The position numbers and the translations under genes were made by a program. From Pseudomonadales bacterium (lineage in GTDB: Bacteria; Patescibacteriota; Microgenomatia; UBA1400; PJMF01), in NCBI GenBank assembly GCA_020632235.1, contig JACKFY010000001.1, forward strand, positions 159,334-223,333: DNA of 64,000 nt, read 5' to 3'. Below, piece after piece: positions 60,165 to 64,000 of this stretch (positions within the stretch are counted from its first letter, which is position 1; every line of letters begins with the position of its first letter). The notes under the pieces are model-generated. The model made no database searches. It had not been told where the DNA came from and worked only from the letters and a program-made list of their open reading frames with translations.

Positions 60165-60818
60165 ATGGGACAAAAAGTAAACCCGATTAGCTTTCGACTT
60201 GGCAACACACTTTCATGGAAGTCGCGTTGGTATGCTGATGGCGCTGCATACGCCAGCACACTTCTTGAAGACTATCGCATTCGCCGTGCGCTTAAAGACA
60301 AGCTTTCAGGCGCCGGGGTGGTTACGATTGGTATCGAGCGTTCTCCTTCTGCGCTAACCATCATCTTACATGTGGCAAAGCCAGGTGTTGTGATCGGTAA
60401 AGGTGGCTCAAACTTGGAGGAAGTCAAGAAAGTGGTTGAGCGGCTGGTGAACGTCTCCAAAAGCAAAAAAGATAGAGTAAAGATAGACCTCAAAGTAGAG
60501 GAGGTACAGCAGCCAGACTTGAGTGCAAAGTTAGTAGCAGAGCGTATTACCAATCAACTACAAAAACGCTTTCCGCATCGACGGGCTGTTTCACAAGCAT
60601 TAGAAAAGGCAATGCAGGCTGGTGCAAAAGGCATCAAAATAGAGTTGAGCGGTCGCATTGGTGGGGCTGAGATTGGTAGGCGAGAGAAGTACTCTGAGGG
60701 GAGTGTGCCCACCCAGACACTTCGGGCAAAGATTGATTACTACCAAGCACCCATTCCTACTCGCTCTGGGTATGTGGGTTTGAAAGTATGGATTTATACC
60801 GGTGATGCCGTAGAGTAA
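60165..60818 (+). CDS. rpsC: 30S ribosomal protein S3
   Basis: MGQKVNPISFRLG N-terminus and a KH domain. Confidence 0.9.
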   Translation: MGQKVNPISFRLGNTLSWKSRWYADGAAYASTLLEDYRIRRALKDKLSGAGVVTIGIERSPSALTIILHVAKPGVVIGKGGSNLEEVKKVVERLVNVSKSKKDRVKIDLKVEEVQQPDLSAKLVAERITNQLQKRFPHRRAVSQALEKAMQAGAKGIKIELSGRIGGAEIGRREKYSEGSVPTQTLRAKIDYYQAPIPTRSGYVGLKVWIYTGDAVE

Positions 60819-60819
60819 T

Positions 60820-61224
60820 ATGTTGCAACCAAAAAAAACAAAATACCGCAAAGCATTTCGAGGTCGCATCAGAGGCAGCGCTTCTCGTGGGGCAGACATT
60901 GCGTATGGTGAGTTTGGTCTCAAAGCCACTAGCTTTGGTCGCGTCAACTCTCGAGAAATTGAGGCTGCTCGCAAGAAAATCACCTACATGACAAAACGAG
61001 CGGGTATTTACTGGATCAGAATCTTCCCACACAAACCAGTTACCAAAAAGCCAGTTGGTGTCAAGATGGGAGGAGGAAAAGGCGCACTTGACTCGTACGT
61101 GGCAGTGGTAAAGCCGGGCACTATTTTGTTTGAACTAGGTGGGGTGTCTGAAGAAATAGCCAAAGAGGCGTTTCGCAAAGCAGGGCATAAGCTCTCGGTG
61201 CAAACGACGTTTGTAGCAAAATAA
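60820..61224 (+). CDS. rplP: 50S ribosomal protein L16
   Basis: MLQPKKTKYRK N-terminus. Confidence 0.9.
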   Translation: MLQPKKTKYRKAFRGRIRGSASRGADIAYGEFGLKATSFGRVNSREIEAARKKITYMTKRAGIYWIRIFPHKPVTKKPVGVKMGGGKGALDSYVAVVKPGTILFELGGVSEEIAKEAFRKAGHKLSVQTTFVAK

Positions 61225-61228
61225 ACAT

Positions 61229-61462
61229 ATGAAGCGATACACAAAAAAAACACTAGCAGACAAATCCACCACAGAGCTCAAAGAGCTTGTTTCGCAGCTC
61301 CGCACAGAGTCAGCGCAAGCCATGCTTGAAAAACGAGCAGGGACTGGACGCACAAACGTTCGATTCCTCAGAGATCAACTCGCACGAGTGCTCACCATTC
61401 TTTCCCAAAAGGAGCGAAGCGAAGCACTGATTGGACACACAACAGACAAAGGAACAGCATGA
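61229..61462 (+). CDS. rpmC: 50S ribosomal protein L29
   Basis: Size and position between L16 and S17, with the helical KELVSQLRTE.. segment. Confidence 0.8.
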   Translation: MKRYTKKTLADKSTTELKELVSQLRTESAQAMLEKRAGTGRTNVRFLRDQLARVLTILSQKERSEALIGHTTDKGTA

Positions 61463-61701
61463 AAACACTCCAAGGAACTGTCGTTTCACTCAAAACCCCA
61501 CGAACTGCGCAGGTGCGTGTAGCCAGGCAGTGGCAGCACCCTCTCTATAAAAAGTCGGTCAAGAGAACAAAGCGATACGCCTGTGACTATCAAGGATTAG
61601 AGTTAGCGTTGGGTGACACAGTGATCATTAGAGAATCAAGACCGCTCAGTAAAACAAAGCGCTTTGTGGTTGTAGAAAAGGTGGTGGAAGGAGCACAATG
61701 A
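61459..61701 (+). CDS. rpsQ: 30S ribosomal protein S17
   Basis: LQGTVVS...VIIRESRPLSKTKRF. Confidence 0.9.
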   Translation: MKTLQGTVVSLKTPRTAQVRVARQWQHPLYKKSVKRTKRYACDYQGLELALGDTVIIRESRPLSKTKRFVVVEKVVEGAQ

Positions 61702-62072
61702 TACAGCTGAGATCAGTTCTTCATGTTGCCGATAATAGCGGAGCGAGGAAAATCAGAGTCATTCAAGTTCATGGCGGCTCTCGTCGTCGGTTTGGTCGGG
61801 CTGGCGATATTGTTGCAGCCTCAGTTATCGATGCGGATGCAAATAGTGCTATTCCTAGAGGGGAAAAGGTAAAGGCAGTTATTGTGCGTACTAAAAAGGA
61901 AGAACGTCGTCCGGGTGGTGAGTACGTACGTTTTGATGACAACGCAGCGGTGATTATAGAGTCAAGAAAGAACACTGTGCCGTTGGGCAGTCGTGTCTTT
62001 GGCCCTATTTCAAGAACAGTCAAGAACAAAGGGTTTAGTAAAATAGCAAGTTTAGCACCAGAGGTTATATGA
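61698..62072 (+). CDS. rplN: 50S ribosomal protein L14
   Basis: MIQLRSVLHVADNSGA N-terminus. Confidence 0.9.
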   Translation: MIQLRSVLHVADNSGARKIRVIQVHGGSRRRFGRAGDIVAASVIDADANSAIPRGEKVKAVIVRTKKEERRPGGEYVRFDDNAAVIIESRKNTVPLGSRVFGPISRTVKNKGFSKIASLAPEVI

Positions 62073-62470
62073 AATTACGGGTAGGAGACAACGTTATAGT
62101 TACAGCCGGCAAGGACAAGGGTGTTAAAAGCGAGATTACCCGGGTCATCCCTAAATCAAATAAGGTGGTGGTGAGGGGTGTTAATATGTATGTCAAGCAC
62201 ACTAAGCCCATGATGGGCAGAAGCGGTGAGCGTACCCGCACTGAGCGACCACTTTCTACAGCCAAAGTTGCGATACTTAACCAAGAGGGAGCTCCAGATA
62301 GAGTAGGGTACGTAGTCGATAAAAAAGGCGTCAAGCAGCGCATCTTTAAGAAAACAGGTAACGCTGTAGATGCTGCCTCAACACCAAAAAAATCAGCTGC
62401 AGCAGCTACCGCCAAGAAAACAACAGCAAAAGCAAAAAAATCAACCAAGAAGTCAGCTAAAAAGAAGTAG
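62069..62470 (+). CDS. rplX: 50S ribosomal protein L24 (Lys/Ala-rich C-terminal extension)
   Basis: A KOW motif (RVGDNVIVTAGKDKG) and a tail AAAATAKKTTAKAKKSTKKSAKKK. Confidence 0.9.
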   Translation: MKLRVGDNVIVTAGKDKGVKSEITRVIPKSNKVVVRGVNMYVKHTKPMMGRSGERTRTERPLSTAKVAILNQEGAPDRVGYVVDKKGVKQRIFKKTGNAVDAASTPKKSAAAATAKKTTAKAKKSTKKSAKKK

Positions 62471-62473
62471 TTT

Positions 62474-63034
62474 ATGTCATCACTCAAACAACTCTACCAG
62501 GATACTATCACGCCCTCTATGATCAAGGAGTTTTCCTATAGCTCTCCTTTTCAAGTACCGCGACTGCAAAAAATCATCCTCAACATGGGTGTAAGTGAGC
62601 CTCAAGATCCTAGAGCACGAAAGCAAGTAGTTCAAAACATCGCTGAGCAGTTTGCTGTTATTTCTGGACAAAAAGCACAAATCACGACTGCTCATAAAGC
62701 AATTGCTAACTTTAAGCTACGCGCTGGCGACCCGCTTGGAGTAATGGTGACGCTGCGTGGTGAGCGTATGTGGGACTTTTTTGAAAAACTAATTGCCATC
62801 GCGCTACCCCGAGTAAAAGACTTTCGTGGTGTCTCTCGCACTGCTTTTGATGGTCAAGGCAACTACAGTATGGGGCTGGAAGAGCAGATTATGTTCCCCG
62901 AGATTGACTACGATGCTATCGAGCGAGTGCGCAGCCTGCAGGCTGTGTTTGTTACAACAGCCCAGAGTGATAAGGAAAGCTTTAGATTGCTCGAGCTTTT
63001 TGGCGTTCCGTTTGCTAAAATACAAGACCGTTAA
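62474..63034 (+). CDS. rplE: 50S ribosomal protein L5
   Basis: Conserved uL5 sequence. Confidence 0.9.
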   Translation: MSSLKQLYQDTITPSMIKEFSYSSPFQVPRLQKIILNMGVSEPQDPRARKQVVQNIAEQFAVISGQKAQITTAHKAIANFKLRAGDPLGVMVTLRGERMWDFFEKLIAIALPRVKDFRGVSRTAFDGQGNYSMGLEEQIMFPEIDYDAIERVRSLQAVFVTTAQSDKESFRLLELFGVPFAKIQDR

Positions 63035-63054
63035 TTGGAAGAGATAAAACATAT

Positions 63055-63285
63055 ATGGCAAAAAAATCGAAAATAGCAAAATCAAAAAAACTACTGAAGG
63101 CCCGAGCTTCGTACTTGAAAAAAGGCAAGAGGAAAGCAAACACGGTGTCCACCCGTGGTGTAAACAGGTGTGCTATTACTGGCAGGCCAAAAGGTTTTAT
63201 GCGCTACTTTGGCTTGAGCAGACTTACCTTTCGAGAGTTGGCAGTAAAAGGAGAACTTCCTGGAGTAGTGAAAGCAAGTAAGTAA
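63055..63285 (+). CDS. rpsN: 30S ribosomal protein S14 (short form, single Cys, zinc-independent type)
   Basis: [39 protein letters not shown]. Confidence 0.8.
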   Translation: MAKKSKIAKSKKLLKARASYLKKGKRKANTVSTRGVNRCAITGRPKGFMRYFGLSRLTFRELAVKGELPGVVKASK

Positions 63286-63296
63286 GTAACACCCGT

Positions 63297-63686
63297 ATGA
63301 CAGATCCTATCGCAGACATGCTCATCAGAATTAAGAACGGTTTCTTGGCTCGTCATACCAAGGTGAGCATTCCATTCTCAAAAGCAAAGAAATCAATTGC
63401 TGATATCTTGGTAGCCGAGGGGTACCTGGCCGATGTACAGATAGTACATGATGGATCGTTTGACACCATACAGGTAACATTACAGTACAAATCAGATGCA
63501 TCAGTTATTCATGATGTGAAGCGTCTTTCTCGTCCAGGAAGACGACTGTACGCCCCCTCAAAAAGCATTCCTCGTGCTCTTGGTGGATACGGCATTACTA
63601 TTGTCTCGACCAGCAAAGGCATCATGACCGATACTGCAGCACGCAAACAAAACGTAGGAGGTGAGCTACTCTGTCAGGTTTGGTAG
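63297..63686 (+). CDS. rpsH: 30S ribosomal protein S8
   Basis: MTDPIADMLIRIKNG N-terminus. Confidence 0.9.
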   Translation: MTDPIADMLIRIKNGFLARHTKVSIPFSKAKKSIADILVAEGYLADVQIVHDGSFDTIQVTLQYKSDASVIHDVKRLSRPGRRLYAPSKSIPRALGGYGITIVSTSKGIMTDTAARKQNVGGELLCQVW

Positions 63687-63687
63687 T

Positions 63688-64000
63688 ATGTCAAAAATTG
63701 GAAAAAAACGAATCACTATTCCTGATGGGGTCACGATTACCGTGAATGAAGGTGTGGTGCAGGTAGCGGGTAGTAAAGGCTCGCTCCATGTTTCACTGCC
63801 TCAAGCTATTACAGTCTCTCTGCAAGATGGGGAGCTTGCAGTCGCGCGAGCGAGTGATGAAAAACAAGCCAGAGCATTTCATGGTTTAGTGCGTAGCCTG
63901 GTGCAAAACGCGGTTATAGGAGTTTCTCAAGGATACAAAAAAACACTCAAACTTGTTGGCACTGGTTATAGAGTGCAGTCGCAGGGAGCAAACCTTTCAT
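63688..64000 (+). CDS. rplF: 50S ribosomal protein L6 (N-terminal part; runs off window end)
   Basis: MSKIGKKRITIPDGVTITV.. N-terminus. No stop before base 64000. Confidence 0.8.
   Translation, partial: MSKIGKKRITIPDGVTITVNEGVVQVAGSKGSLHVSLPQAITVSLQDGELAVARASDEKQARAFHGLVRSLVQNAVIGVSQGYKKTLKLVGTGYRVQSQGANLS

Overview
This 64 kb window is from a bacterium with moderate-GC core genes (roughly 50-55%). It carries three AT-rich accessory blocks. (1) Bases 1-8619 on the minus strand hold a Type I restriction-modification operon, hsdM-hsdS-hsdR, with hsdR running off the window. Four extra genes sit inside it with overlapping start/stop codons: a Bro-N-like protein, a zinc-ribbon protein, a 281-aa protein with a possible DUF4145-like C-terminus, and a 4-TM membrane protein. 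HsdM also carries an N-terminal MerR/excisionase-type HTH. (2) Bases 9.9-13.1 kb look like the remnant of an integrated element: a replication-initiator-like HTH protein, an iteron-like array of 11-bp-periodic repeats, and a large serine recombinase broken into at least three frame-shifted pieces. These lie next to a tRNA-Asn(GTT) gene that has a degenerate partial duplicate beside it. (3) Bases 23477-31760 hold a complete type V-A CRISPR-Cas locus: cas12a (1313 aa, intact RuvC I/II/III motifs), a disrupted PIN/VapC-like gene, cas4, cas1, cas2, and an array of about 30 repeats. The repeat is a 36-nt Cas12a-type sequence, GTTTATTCAAAGTAGTCGATTTCTACTTTTGTAGAT, and the array contains several degenerate or truncated repeats and partial repeats embedded in spacers. 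The cas cassette sits exactly between a sucC/sucD-like pair and a short citrate-synthase-family gene (citryl-CoA-lyase-like). This suggests it was inserted into an ATP-citrate-lyase-like, succinyl-CoA-synthetase-like module. The rest of the window is core genome: tgt, eno, a denV-like glycosylase, DUF368, a CobW GTPase, prmC, yqeY, a RodZ-like gene, a short alaS, a sortase next to a large membrane protein, ruvX and mltG. It ends with a contiguous rpoB-rpoC-rpsL-rpsG-fusA-tuf-S10-spc ribosomal superoperon running to rplF at the window end. Cas12a is a recognised family, so the novelty here lies in context and variants: the insertion site, the PIN pseudogene inside the cas operon, the eroded array, and the RM operon with four embedded unknown genes. 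Coordinates for non-ORF features are approximate (a few nt).
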